Origin: an uncultured virus (IMG/VR IMGVR_UViG_3300022752_000028)
Taxonomy: Duplodnaviria > Heunggongvirae > Uroviricota > Caudoviricetes
DNA: 59,633 nt
Reading direction: 5' to 3' (one strand)
IMG/VR virus record: IMGVR_UViG_3300022752_000028
Made by a program: the position numbers and the translations under genes
In this document: positions 10,041 to 19,908 of the stretch, piece by piece
Position numbering within the stretch: the stretch's first letter is position 1
Layout: each line of letters starts with the position of its first letter
Notes under the pieces: model-generated
Seen by the model: only the letters and a program-made list of their open reading frames with translations
What the model was told of the DNA's origin: nothing
The model's database searches: none

Positions 10041-11047
10041 AGACATGCATAGTCTATGGAACAAGACCTGAAATGATCAAACTTTCCGTCTTGTCAAAAG
10101 ATTATAAAATTGATGGCATATACACAGGACAACAGCCAGACTTGTCATCTTTTTATATGGATCTTATGCAAGAACCTGTACACAGGTTAGATCTTAAACC
10201 AGGCGACTTAAATTCAAGATATTCATCTGTTCTTGAAAAAATTGCAGATAAAATTAAGAATTACGATATTGTCCTTGTACAAGGCGATACAATGACTGCT
10301 GCCGCCGCCGCGCAAGCTGCATTCCATTTGAGTAAAAAAATAGGCCACATAGAAGCAGGCCTCAGGACGCATGACATTGAATCGCCATTTCCAGAAGAGT
10401 TTTATCGAACTCTAATTTCAAGAATTGCAACTTGGAATTTTTGTCCAACTTCGCTTTCTAGAGATAATCTTCTTAGAGAACATGTTCCTGGTGAATGTTT
10501 TATTACAGGAAACACTGTTATTGATGCCATCTCGAGAATGTTTAAAGACAAAGCTATAACCAAAAACGATGAAGTAATCATCACTTTGCATAGAAGAGAG
10601 AATATAAAACATCTCGATAGAATACTCAGTGAAATCAAAGAAATAATTAATAAAAATCAAAAATATCGTTGGATACTGCCTGTTCACCCTAATCCTGAAA
10701 TTAGAAGCAAGATTGATTCTCACTTGAGTGACACTCATGTAGACATTGTGAACCCATTTGAGTATCCTGACTTTCTCAACAAGCTAGCAAACTGTAAGTT
10801 AATAATAACCGACTCAGGTGGAATTCAAGAAGAAGCAGGTTTCTTTAAGAAACGTGTTGTAATTTGTAGAGAAAGCACAGAGCGACCAGAAGGAATTGTA
10901 GCAGGTTTTGCACATCTAGGCTTTGAAAACATCCAGAATGTTGTACAAAATGCTTTAGAAATGCCTGATTGGAATGGTATAAATCCTTATGGTGATGGAC
11001 ATGCATCTCAAAAAATAGCAAAAATCTTAGGAATTAAAGGAAGATAA
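10037..11047 (+). CDS. wecB: UDP-N-acetylglucosamine 2-epimerase, non-hydrolysing type
   Basis: GTRPE, QGDT, HIEAGLRT, FPEE, TLHRREN, TDSGGIQEEA, TERPE and NPYGDG motifs. Confidence 0.93.
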   Translation: MKTCIVYGTRPEMIKLSVLSKDYKIDGIYTGQQPDLSSFYMDLMQEPVHRLDLKPGDLNSRYSSVLEKIADKIKNYDIVLVQGDTMTAAAAAQAAFHLSKKIGHIEAGLRTHDIESPFPEEFYRTLISRIATWNFCPTSLSRDNLLREHVPGECFITGNTVIDAISRMFKDKAITKNDEVIITLHRRENIKHLDRILSEIKEIINKNQKYRWILPVHPNPEIRSKIDSHLSDTHVDIVNPFEYPDFLNKLANCKLIITDSGGIQEEAGFFKKRVVICRESTERPEGIVAGFAHLGFENIQNVVQNALEMPDWNGINPYGDGHASQKIAKILGIKGR

Positions 11048-11048
11048 A

Positions 11049-11975
11049 GTGTTTACTATAACGGGTTCAACTGGGCTTCTAGGTAGTGAGATTCTCTCCT
11101 TGTCACCTGAGTCTATCGGCCTCACCTCAAAAGATTGTGACCTCACCGAATCGAATCATGCGATCCTCACACTGGAAGATGGTCGAGTGGACGCTGTCAT
11201 TCACTGTGCCGCAAGAGTCGGAGGCGTGAAGGCGAACACTGATTACGTTGCCGACTTCTTTGATGACAACGTCAAGATGAACATGAACGTTCTTGACGCG
11301 TGTCGCGAGAGGAGCCTGAAGCTTGTGTCTGTTCTCTCTACATGCATCTACCCAGATGCACCCTACGTGAAATATCCGCTCACAGAGGATCAACTTCACA
11401 TGGGTCCGCCGCATCCATCGAACTTTGGGTACGCATACGCGAAGAGGATGCTCGAGGTCCAGAGTAGAGCTTACCGTCAGCAGTTTGGCTGTAACTTCAT
11501 CTCAGTTATTCCTAATAACCTCTACGGCATTAATGACAACTACGATCTCAGCAGCGGACATGTCATTCCGGCTCTCATCCGAAAGTTCCACGAGGCAAAG
11601 ATCTTTGGACACGATCATGTTGATATTTGGGGTAGCGGAAAGCCACGCAGAGAGTTCACATTTTCTCGAGATGCTGCTGAAATTATCATCTGGCTCGCCG
11701 AAAACTACAATGGTGCCGAACCAGTCAACATTGGTAATCCTGAACAGATCTCCATTGAAGATCTTGCACACATGATTTCTGAAGAGATCGGTTATAACGG
11801 AAGAGTAAGCTTTGATAAGTCTAAGCCGGACGGACAGTATGAGAAGCCTTCGTCTAACGAGAAACTCAGCACATTAGGTTGGAAGGGCGCGTATACACCT
11901 CTCCAGGTCGGAATTCAAGAAACAATAAAGTCATTCCAGAGTAGATACCCCCTCGTTAGAGGCGTTAAGATTTGA
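11049..11975 (+). CDS. fcl: GDP-L-fucose synthase
   Basis: [41 protein letters not shown] and [10 protein letters not shown] motifs; GTG start. Confidence 0.93.
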   Translation: MFTITGSTGLLGSEILSLSPESIGLTSKDCDLTESNHAILTLEDGRVDAVIHCAARVGGVKANTDYVADFFDDNVKMNMNVLDACRERSLKLVSVLSTCIYPDAPYVKYPLTEDQLHMGPPHPSNFGYAYAKRMLEVQSRAYRQQFGCNFISVIPNNLYGINDNYDLSSGHVIPALIRKFHEAKIFGHDHVDIWGSGKPRREFTFSRDAAEIIIWLAENYNGAEPVNIGNPEQISIEDLAHMISEEIGYNGRVSFDKSKPDGQYEKPSSNEKLSTLGWKGAYTPLQVGIQETIKSFQSRYPLVRGVKI

Positions 11976-11977
11976 GC

Positions 11978-12952
11978 ATGAAATCAGCGTTAATCACAGG
12001 TGTGACCGGACAGGATGGCAGCTACCTTGCTGAACTGCTTCTCGAGAAGGGATATAAGGTTGTGGGTATGAAGAGGCGAACATCACTCCTTGCGACTGAT
12101 CGCATCGATCACCTACTCACAAACCCAAACTTTCAGCTTGTTTACGGATCAATGAACGATGCTGGAGCCTTCTATCGTCTCTTTACTGCACAGCAGTTCG
12201 ATGAAGTTTATAATCTTGCTGCGCAGTCTCATGTCCGAGTCTCATTTGAGGTGCCTGAAGAGACTGTCGATGCAGTAGCAATGGGTCCACTTCGTTTATT
12301 GGAGTGCATTCGCATTATGCAGCCTAAGTGCCGATTCTACCAGGCATCATCATCTGAGATGTACGGCGACAATCCAGAGCACCCACAGAATGAGGCGACC
12401 CGACTCATGCCCGCCTCTCCTTATGCATGCGCCAAAGTCTTTGGGCATGGTCTCACTCGCAACTACCGTGAGGGATACAGCATCCATGCCTCATCAGGAA
12501 TTCTCTTCAACCATGAGAGTCCACGCCGCGGTGAGACGTTCGTTACAAGGAAGATTACACTGGCTGCTGCGCGGATCAAGCTCGGTCTACAGGAAAAGAT
12601 TGCGCTCGGTAACCTCGACGCTCTCCGCGACTGGGGATACGCAAAGGACTACGTCGAGGCAATGTGGCTAATGCTGCAACAGGACAGACCCGATGACTAT
12701 GTTGTCGCGACAGGCGAGACCCATACAGTTAGAGAGTTCCTGAATGAGGTCTTCGAGATTGCCGGGCTGGATGTCGATAGACATCTCGTGATTGATGACA
12801 GACTTAAGCGCCCACACGAAGTTCCGTGGCTTGAGGGTGACGCCAGGAAGGCAAGAGAAAAGCTTGGTTGGTCGCCAAAGACTACATTTAAGGGACTTGC
12901 AAGATTGATGTACGAATCAGACTTAAAGAAAGAGGCTGAGAAAATTAGATGA
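11978..12952 (+). CDS. gmd: GDP-mannose 4,6-dehydratase
   Basis: [49 protein letters not shown] and [10 protein letters not shown] motifs. Confidence 0.97.
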   Translation: MKSALITGVTGQDGSYLAELLLEKGYKVVGMKRRTSLLATDRIDHLLTNPNFQLVYGSMNDAGAFYRLFTAQQFDEVYNLAAQSHVRVSFEVPEETVDAVAMGPLRLLECIRIMQPKCRFYQASSSEMYGDNPEHPQNEATRLMPASPYACAKVFGHGLTRNYREGYSIHASSGILFNHESPRRGETFVTRKITLAAARIKLGLQEKIALGNLDALRDWGYAKDYVEAMWLMLQQDRPDDYVVATGETHTVREFLNEVFEIAGLDVDRHLVIDDRLKRPHEVPWLEGDARKAREKLGWSPKTTFKGLARLMYESDLKKEAEKIR

Positions 12953-13905
12953 GCATTGCTGTTATAGGACAAGGATTTGTAGGTGGAAGTCTAACTACAG
13001 TCTTTACAGAGCGCGGATTTAATGTTTATGCCTATGACAAATCAGGAAAGTATGCAAAGGGATCACTACCTAGTCACGGTGATCCTGCTGCTGGTTATCC
13101 TGACTCGATTAATGAGCTTGTTTTAGACAATGAGGATGGAGGCACACCAGGTTTCACAAATGTGTATTTTGTTTGTCTTCCTACGCCTATGTTTGAGGAC
13201 GGGTCTGCAGACCTCAGCATCGTTGAGAGTGTTCTTGAAGAATTAGCCACAATTCCAGGAGAAAGAATCGCTGTAGTTAAATCTACAGTCCCACCAGGAA
13301 CTACAGATGCGTGGAATCAAAAATTTGGCCCACAGGGTCTGCACATAGTCTTTAACCCAGAGTTCTTAACAGAAGCAAATTCTTTAGATGATATGCGCAA
13401 TCAAAATCGAATTATTCTTGGTGGTCCGAGACCATACATTAATCAAGTAAAACAAGTCTTTCAGGAAGCATTTCCAAATGTTCCTATTGTGAAAACAGGA
13501 TCGACAACTGCAGAGATGGTCAAATATGTAACAAACTGTCATCTTGCAGTGAAGGTCTCATTTGCAAATGAGGTTGCACAGATTTGCGAGGCTCTTGATA
13601 AAGAAGGACTCAACATTGACTATGACAAGGTTGTCGAGTATGCCAAGATTGATCGACGACTCGGCGACACACACTGGTCTGTTCCTGGGCCCGTTCCGAC
13701 CCATGACGGTCGTTATGTTCGTGGTTTCGGAGGCCATTGCTTTCCAAAGGACATTAATGCGCTCATGAGCGTTGCACGACAATATGGCGTCGAACCGCGT
13801 GTAATGCAGGCTGCATGGGATAAAAATTTAGAAGTACGTGGGCCAGATGATCGTGATTGGGAAAAGCAAATCGGTCGTGCAGTATCTAAGAAGAATAAAT
13901 CTTAG
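12949..13905 (+). CDS. UDP-glucose/GDP-mannose dehydrogenase family protein (short form)
   Basis: [32 protein letters not shown] and [10 protein letters not shown]. The C-terminal UDP-binding domain is absent. Confidence 0.9.
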   Translation: MSIAVIGQGFVGGSLTTVFTERGFNVYAYDKSGKYAKGSLPSHGDPAAGYPDSINELVLDNEDGGTPGFTNVYFVCLPTPMFEDGSADLSIVESVLEELATIPGERIAVVKSTVPPGTTDAWNQKFGPQGLHIVFNPEFLTEANSLDDMRNQNRIILGGPRPYINQVKQVFQEAFPNVPIVKTGSTTAEMVKYVTNCHLAVKVSFANEVAQICEALDKEGLNIDYDKVVEYAKIDRRLGDTHWSVPGPVPTHDGRYVRGFGGHCFPKDINALMSVARQYGVEPRVMQAAWDKNLEVRGPDDRDWEKQIGRAVSKKNKS

Positions 13906-13921
13906 TTTAACATACTAAGAT
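13899..13921. promoter_or_regulatory. Inverted repeat containing a -10-like hexamer before a leaderless GTG start
   Basis: ATCTTAGT-N7-ACTAAGAT forms a perfect 8-bp stem. TAAGAT (13916-13921) lies 6 nt before the GTG at 13928. Confidence 0.45.
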
Positions 13922-13927
13922 AGATAA

Positions 13928-14743
13928 GTGACTACGTTCCCAACTGGCAAACCACACGTATCCTACTCTGAAGTCAAGACATGGAAAGAGTGTCCATGGC
14001 GACACAAGCTTGTCTATATCGACAAGATCGACATGTTCAAACCTAGCCCAAATATTGACTTTGGAACAATTGTCCACGCTGAGCTTGAGGATTATCTAGA
14101 GCATAGAACTTTTAACCTTGACCGCATGCGCGATGCCATCACTACGACATGGCAGCAGAAGAGTTTTGAGAAGCCAGAAAACTGGATCAAGGAAGCCGAG
14201 CAGATCCTATCTGAGATCCCGCAGTTTCTCGATGATACATTTCCTGATTGGCAGTTCATGGCGTCAGAGCATGAACTCTACGAAGAGATACCTGGTTCTG
14301 ATGTCAAGTTCAAGGGTTTCGTTGACGCGATGTTTCGAGCAAAGAACTCGCGCGGTAAAGAGATCCTCTGGATCGCTGACTGGAAGACGACATCTGCACG
14401 TGGCTGGTCGACTGATAAGAAGCAAGATTTCATCTACCAGGCGCAAATTGCACTCTACAAGTACTTCTGCTCAAGAAAGTTTGATCTTGATGCTAAGGAA
14501 ATCAAGTGCGGCTTCGTCCTTCTAAAGCGCGGAGCAAAGCCTGGCAAGGCATGCGAGCTTGTCGAGGTGTCTGTGGGCCCAAAGGCGTTCGAGAAAGCAA
14601 CCAAGATGGTCAATTCTATGATCGCAGGCGTCAAGGCAAACAAGCCGATCAAGAATAGGATGTCTTGCACTTACTGTGACTACAAAAATACTGAGCATTG
14701 CAGTGGCTCAAGTGAGTTTGCAGCGTTTACCTCTTATAAATAG
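13928..14743 (+). CDS. PD-(D/E)XK nuclease, RecB/Cas4-like, with a 4-Cys cluster
   Basis: VSYS...CP, GTIVH, E...GFVD...IADWKT, Q..LY and C-terminal CTYCDYK...C. Confidence 0.85.
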   Translation: MTTFPTGKPHVSYSEVKTWKECPWRHKLVYIDKIDMFKPSPNIDFGTIVHAELEDYLEHRTFNLDRMRDAITTTWQQKSFEKPENWIKEAEQILSEIPQFLDDTFPDWQFMASEHELYEEIPGSDVKFKGFVDAMFRAKNSRGKEILWIADWKTTSARGWSTDKKQDFIYQAQIALYKYFCSRKFDLDAKEIKCGFVLLKRGAKPGKACELVEVSVGPKAFEKATKMVNSMIAGVKANKPIKNRMSCTYCDYKNTEHCSGSSEFAAFTSYK

Positions 14744-14766
14744 GTGGTTATTATTGAAATAACCAC
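14726..14766 (+). promoter_or_regulatory. Sigma70-like promoter overlapped by a 9-bp inverted repeat abutting the ATG
   Basis: TTTACC(14726)-N17-TATTAT(14749). GTGGTTATT(14744-52)/AATAACCAC(14758-66) ends immediately before the ATG at 14767. Confidence 0.5.
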
Positions 14767-16011
14767 ATGCAGAAGAAAAAAATCATCGTCCTATCGGATC
14801 ATGCGCTCTCAACATCTGGCGTAGGCACGCAGACACGACACTTGCTCAACGGCCTTGTCAAGAAGGGTGAGTGGACGTTCAGACAGTTCGGTGCCGCCAT
14901 GAAGCACAACGACTACCGAACGATCGTCGTGAATGAAGATCTCATTATCAAGCCAATCGATGGTTTTGGTAATAGAGATCTTATTCGTGTTACACTCGCA
15001 ACTGAGAAGCCAGATGCTATTCTAATCTTTACAGATCCTCGTTTTTTCATCTGGCTCTTTGAGATGGAGGATGAGGTGCACCAGATGTGCCCTATCCTCT
15101 GGTGGCACGTTTGGGATAATCATCCATATCCAAAGTTCAATGAGACGCTGTACCAATCCACAGATTTGATCAACTGTCACTCGTACATGACCTATGAGAT
15201 GATTAAGGATCGTTTTCCTGACCGGACGAACTTTGTTCCTCATGCAATTCCTGATGATATTTTCTTTCCACTAAATGATGTAGAGCGTGCCAACTATAAG
15301 CGCAACCTGCTCGGCTCTAATAGAATGGATCATTTCGTTGGCATCTGGGTCAACAGGAACGCAAGGCGAAAGCGCCCATCAGACGTTCTTGCAGCATGGA
15401 AGCAGATGCTCGATAAGATGCAGAGAGAAGACGGTCACAAGAAAGCAACGTTGATCATGCACACAGATCCGCTCGATCAAGAGGGGCCAAATCTCTTTGC
15501 CGTTGCCGAAGAGTTTGGCATCATGGACAACGTGTTCTTCTCAAAGGATCGCATTGAATTTGACAAGATGAACGTCCTATACAATATCTCAGATTGCTGC
15601 ATCAACATATCCTACGCCGAGGGCTTCGGTTTGGGAACTCTCGAAGCAATGCAAGCAGGAACACCGATTGTTGCTGTCAAGACAGGAGGCCTAACTCGTC
15701 AAGTTGTGGATCACAGAGACGGTTCAGAGAACGGGGTCGCTCTGCCTGTTGAACTCCAGACACTCGTAGGATCACAGATGGTGCCCTATATCTACGAGGA
15801 TTACGTCACTATAGAAACTGCTGCCGAAGGCCTCTATAAGCTCTTTAAGAAGTCACCTGAAGAGAAGAATGAGCTTCGCAAGAAGGTGAGAGATTATGCA
15901 CTATCTCAATTTTCTTACCAGAAGACGGTTGACGACTGGCACCAGACAATGAAAGATACAATAGAGAACTGGAGAAACACCTACAAGCGCTGGGAGGCCA
16001 AGGAGATCTAA
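14767..16011 (+). CDS. GT-B (GT4-like) glycosyltransferase
   Basis: SD....SGVG, NRNARRKR and EGFGLGTLEAMQAGTPIV (Ex7E) motifs. Confidence 0.88.
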   Translation: MQKKKIIVLSDHALSTSGVGTQTRHLLNGLVKKGEWTFRQFGAAMKHNDYRTIVVNEDLIIKPIDGFGNRDLIRVTLATEKPDAILIFTDPRFFIWLFEMEDEVHQMCPILWWHVWDNHPYPKFNETLYQSTDLINCHSYMTYEMIKDRFPDRTNFVPHAIPDDIFFPLNDVERANYKRNLLGSNRMDHFVGIWVNRNARRKRPSDVLAAWKQMLDKMQREDGHKKATLIMHTDPLDQEGPNLFAVAEEFGIMDNVFFSKDRIEFDKMNVLYNISDCCINISYAEGFGLGTLEAMQAGTPIVAVKTGGLTRQVVDHRDGSENGVALPVELQTLVGSQMVPYIYEDYVTIETAAEGLYKLFKKSPEEKNELRKKVRDYALSQFSYQKTVDDWHQTMKDTIENWRNTYKRWEAKEI

Positions 16012-17168
16012 TGAAGAAGGTAATTGTAAGAGCACCACTCCTCAGCGTCTCAGGTTACGGTGAGCATTCTCGACAAATTTTCCAGTGGGCTAAATCTATT
16101 GATACGTGGACAGTTCAGACACAAGTTTTGAACTGGGGCAATACATCATGGATAATCAATCCAGCTGCTGAGAATGGCCTCATCAAAGAGATCATGTCAT
16201 GCTCGACAAATCAGCCATCAGGATTTGACATCTCTATCCAGGTGCAGCTCCCAAATGAATGGGATCCCAAGATCGCAAGTTATAACATTGGTGTGACAGC
16301 AGCTGTTGAAACTGATCGATGCAACCCAGCTTGGATCGAAGCAGTCAACAAGATGAACGTTGTCATAGTTCCTTCTGAGCACGTCAAGAAGACACTTGTA
16401 TCATCTGGTAACGTGACAACACCCATCCACGTGATCGGTGAGTGGTACATGCCTGAGATTGATAACGCACCGTCATTTGATCTACCACTTTCAACTAGCT
16501 TCAATTTTCTGATTGTGTCACAAATGACAGCTCAGAATAGCTTGGATGATCGTAAGAACATTCTAGATACACTGAAGTGGATGCTTGACGTCTTCAAGGA
16601 CAGCAAGGACGTCGGCATCGTCTTAAAGACAAACTTTGGGCGTGGCACAAGAATTGATCGGAAGTACACGCAAGATAACATTGAAAAGTTTATCAACCAG
16701 AATAGACGTGGCCCATACCCGCGTATCCATATTCTGCACGGCAATCTGACGTCGTCTGAGATCGCAGGGCTGTACAGACACCCAACCATTAAGTGCCTAG
16801 TTAGCCTGACAAGAGGCGAAGGGTTTGGCTTGCCCCTCCTCGAGGCATCTGCTTCAGGATTACCTGTCATTACGACGAACTGGTCAGGTCACCTTGACTT
16901 CATGAAGCTAGGAAAGTTTATCCCAGTTGACTTTACGCTGGTTGACATTCCAGCATCTCGAGTTGATAATAACATCTTTATGGCAGGCACAAAGTGGGCA
17001 CAGCCTCTTGAGGCAGATTTCAAGAAGCGGCTAGCAAAGTTCAAGGAGAGCTATATCACTCCTCGTCAATGGGCCGAAGAGCTTGCTGTAAAGTGCCAAA
17101 AAACCTTTTCAAGATCTGCAATACTTGATAATTATGCAAAGCTCACAGATGCTTTGGGGATTAGATAA
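16011..17168 (+). CDS. GT-B (GT4-like) glycosyltransferase
   Basis: SGYGEHSR, RKN and TRGEGFGLPLLEASASGLPVI.TNWSGHLDF motifs. Confidence 0.88.
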   Translation: MKKVIVRAPLLSVSGYGEHSRQIFQWAKSIDTWTVQTQVLNWGNTSWIINPAAENGLIKEIMSCSTNQPSGFDISIQVQLPNEWDPKIASYNIGVTAAVETDRCNPAWIEAVNKMNVVIVPSEHVKKTLVSSGNVTTPIHVIGEWYMPEIDNAPSFDLPLSTSFNFLIVSQMTAQNSLDDRKNILDTLKWMLDVFKDSKDVGIVLKTNFGRGTRIDRKYTQDNIEKFINQNRRGPYPRIHILHGNLTSSEIAGLYRHPTIKCLVSLTRGEGFGLPLLEASASGLPVITTNWSGHLDFMKLGKFIPVDFTLVDIPASRVDNNIFMAGTKWAQPLEADFKKRLAKFKESYITPRQWAEELAVKCQKTFSRSAILDNYAKLTDALGIR

Positions 17169-17479
17169 TGCTGGTTGCGTTTCTGATCATAACGTGTCTA
17201 ATCTTGTCAACTTTGCTAGGCATTTCTGCTTACTATAATTACAAGTTTGGCAAGATAATCATTAATGTTGAAGACACGATTGAAAGCTCGCTTGATGAGC
17301 TTGATGTTGTCTACGGAAGGATCTCTAAGATTTTAGAGATCCCTGTTTTTTTCGACTCTGTCGAGGTTCGACAGGTCATTGCAGACATTGAAGTTGCACA
17401 GCAAACTGTTCTCAAGATTGCAGGTGCTTTAACACAAACGCTAAGGGATAATGATGACACACAAGAAGAAGACAGTTAA
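17168..17479 (+). CDS. Hypothetical membrane-anchored protein
   Basis: Hydrophobic N-terminal helix followed by an acidic helical tail; translationally coupled to the previous gene. Confidence 0.6.
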   Translation: MLVAFLIITCLILSTLLGISAYYNYKFGKIIINVEDTIESSLDELDVVYGRISKILEIPVFFDSVEVRQVIADIEVAQQTVLKIAGALTQTLRDNDDTQEEDS

Positions 17480-18182
17480 ATCATCGTCCCCGGGCGGTAT
17501 GAAGCTTTACTTCCACGCAGGCACTCATGATGCTATTGTGAGATTTCAAAGCGAGACATGTGATGATGAGAGAGAGGCTGTCTACGTTCAAGAGATACTT
17601 CCGGCATTTGATAAACTTGTAGAAAATCTGATCTTTATACAGGGTTTCAATGTGACACATGGAAACTTTGATGATCTTAAGAACGATTGCATCACATTCT
17701 TGTTTGAGACGCTGAAGAAGTTTGACGCTACACGTGGCACAAAAGCATTCAGCTATTTCAACGTCGTCGCCAAAAACTGGCTCATTGTCAAGAGTCGACA
17801 GCGTGCGAAGGCTGCCAAGAGGATGTGCAGCATCGATGACAAGGATGCGATCAGTGAGATCGATCTGATTGATCTTGAGAATTACTCAGTCGATCAGAAC
17901 CAAGATGCCAATTTGATCAAAGAGGACACGACTACTAACATCTTTGTCCTACTTGAAGATATCCGATCAGACATGACGTGTGAGAATGAGATCAAGTGCA
18001 TTGAAGCAATTAAGAAGATCTTTAATGAGATCGATGACGTGGAGATCCTCAACAAGCGGGCAATCTTTGTCTACGTTAGAGATATCACGGGTTTAACACC
18101 AAAGCAGCTCTCAATCTCGATGTCAAGCATCAGAAAGCGCTATAAGGATCTGATGGTAACCGGCGAATATGATATTTTCTAG
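17451..18182 (+). CDS. Phage late-transcription sigma factor, T4 gp55-like
   Basis: N-terminal K.YF, DLKNDCI..L...LKKFD and KAFSYFNVVAKN resemble gp55/sigma region 2 (F.YF). Lies just before the structural block. Confidence 0.6.
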   Translation: MMTHKKKTVKSSSPGGMKLYFHAGTHDAIVRFQSETCDDEREAVYVQEILPAFDKLVENLIFIQGFNVTHGNFDDLKNDCITFLFETLKKFDATRGTKAFSYFNVVAKNWLIVKSRQRAKAAKRMCSIDDKDAISEIDLIDLENYSVDQNQDANLIKEDTTTNIFVLLEDIRSDMTCENEIKCIEAIKKIFNEIDDVEILNKRAIFVYVRDITGLTPKQLSISMSSIRKRYKDLMVTGEYDIF

Positions 18183-18191
18183 GAGCTTGCA

Positions 18192-18551
18192 ATGTCATCG
18201 ATAGACAAGTCACTTGACACGCTTAATGACAAAGAGAAGAAGATCAAGCAGTTCTCAGACATCCTTGATAGTTTGACATCAACGGAAGATAAGAAGAAGA
18301 TGCTTTGGAAGGAAGTGTACGAGAATGCTGTCAATGACCGTGAGAATGCTGGCATCCTGTTTACTGACACGCTGATGCAGATCAAGGGCAATGCAGCAAA
18401 TCACAACATCTTGGGCCCAGTAGTTGTCAAATACATCGAGCGCATGTCACGTGCTAACGATCAAATCCTTAAACTTGCTGAGCTTATCGCGCAGGAAGAG
18501 AGCAAGGAGATGAGCATGGATGCGATCTACGATAAGATCGGTGAGAGCTGA
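18192..18551 (+). CDS. Hypothetical helical protein
   Basis: Clean ORF with AGGAG SD; no family recognised. Confidence 0.6.
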   Translation: MSSIDKSLDTLNDKEKKIKQFSDILDSLTSTEDKKKMLWKEVYENAVNDRENAGILFTDTLMQIKGNAANHNILGPVVVKYIERMSRANDQILKLAELIAQEESKEMSMDAIYDKIGES

Positions 18552-19885
18552 TGTCTCTTTTAACTAGAGCAGCGGGACCATTTGTCATCCCAAATATTGA
18601 CCGTGGTGATAGGCAGACAAATGCTCAAAACACAGCAGCAAGTGGTACTGGATTTATCACGGCAAAGGTGATAGATTTTATATCAGATCCAAAGGCTTTG
18701 AGTGAGGAAAGAGTTAACCTCATTAAATCGTCTATTGTCAACAGTGCACATGTCAATGCAATGCCTATCAACTCTATCTGGTGTCAGATAATTGAGGCAA
18801 ATCGTCTTGACCAACACATTGCATACCCATTTTTCCCGGCACATCTTTGCTTTCCTATAAAGCCTGCTGAGCAAGTTTGGATTTTCTACTCAGCAGTAGA
18901 TCAAACATACTACTGGATGTGCCGCAAGCCGGGTGACTATATTTCCGAAGATGCAAACTACACGCACATCGATCGAATTGTTAATCAGCCAATCACAGCT
19001 GGTGGTGCAGGTATCGAACCGCAAATTGGTGCTAGAAGTGCCTTTAATGGAACAACCCAAAATGCAGCTAGCTTCCCACAAGGCAAGACTGACAGCGTGT
19101 ATGAGAAGACGTCAGGCGCATTTCTCAATGATGATCAAATCATCGCACAGTCGGAAGAGTACCAGGAAAAATTTATCCAAGAGGCTGTCCCAAGGTTGGT
19201 TAGGCAGCCAGGCGACTTTGTTGTCCAAGGCTCCAATAACGCATCAGTTTTGCTTGGATCGTCTACAAATTCACCTGGCCAAGGAATTGTCGACATTGTT
19301 GCAGGACACAAGATAGAGACAATACCTGTCAGAAACACGCGCGGCAACCAAGAAATTGACAAGACACGGGCAGCAATCACCGACAGCGCTACTGACTTTA
19401 TACTTGATAAGTCAAGATTGTATCTTGCGATGAATGACAACCCAGACAGCAATTTCTTCATCAACATTGAAGGCATCAATGGGAGCGGTGAGGGTGCTAG
19501 TGCTGTTATCAAGAGCGATCAAGTAAGGTTGGTTGCAAGAAACGATGTCAAGATAAAGGCAGAGAATTCCAATGCTGCTGTTGTTATTAGAGCAAATGGT
19601 GATATAGTTGTCGTTCCAGGAAGCGAAGGGCAAGTATATCTGGCAGGGACGACATCAGATCAACCCTACTTAAGGTTTAATGAGTTTAAAAAGATCATTG
19701 ATGCAATTCTTCCATCAGCAATTACAACAAATCAAGCAGAAATTGCTATTAACGCACCTCTTGCAGCAGCACAAGATCCAACTGCAATTCAAAAACTTGC
19801 AGAATTAACACAACAAAAAATTGATCTTGAAAAAATTCCTATTTTATTGACAAGTATCCGTTCTAGTAAAATTTTAGGAACTTGA
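18551..19885 (+). CDS. Baseplate hub/spike protein (T4 gp5/VgrG-like)
   Basis: OB-like P....FPIKPAEQVWI...YYW, PGDFVVQGSNNASVLLG and beta-repeat SDQVRLVARNDVKIKA...VVIRANGDIVV. Immediately upstream of gp25. Confidence 0.6.
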   Translation: MSLLTRAAGPFVIPNIDRGDRQTNAQNTAASGTGFITAKVIDFISDPKALSEERVNLIKSSIVNSAHVNAMPINSIWCQIIEANRLDQHIAYPFFPAHLCFPIKPAEQVWIFYSAVDQTYYWMCRKPGDYISEDANYTHIDRIVNQPITAGGAGIEPQIGARSAFNGTTQNAASFPQGKTDSVYEKTSGAFLNDDQIIAQSEEYQEKFIQEAVPRLVRQPGDFVVQGSNNASVLLGSSTNSPGQGIVDIVAGHKIETIPVRNTRGNQEIDKTRAAITDSATDFILDKSRLYLAMNDNPDSNFFINIEGINGSGEGASAVIKSDQVRLVARNDVKIKAENSNAAVVIRANGDIVVVPGSEGQVYLAGTTSDQPYLRFNEFKKIIDAILPSAITTNQAEIAINAPLAAAQDPTAIQKLAELTQQKIDLEKIPILLTSIRSSKILGT

Positions 19886-19892
19886 CAACGTC

Positions 19893-19899
19893 ATACTTA
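19893..19899 (+). promoter_or_regulatory. Putative late promoter ATAnTTA (ATACTTA)
   Basis: Intergenic, 9 nt before the ATG at 19909; the motif recurs before other structural genes. Confidence 0.5.
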
Positions 19900-19908
19900 T
19901 AATCTGAG

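Noticed and set aside
1..13905. Bacterial O-antigen or capsule locus flanking a prophage
   Set aside because: The genes are compact, co-oriented and contiguous with phage genes, with no export or polymerase genes, att site or integrase. The left flank lies outside the window, so this cannot be fully excluded.
14735..14742. Exact T4 late promoter TATAAATA
   Set aside because: I noticed it only here among gene-proximal regions. It overlaps the nuclease's last codons and the spacer of a better sigma70-like promoter, and structural genes are preceded by ATAnTTA instead.
13928..14743. Cas4 as part of a CRISPR-Cas system
   Set aside because: No cas1/cas2, effector genes or array in the window.
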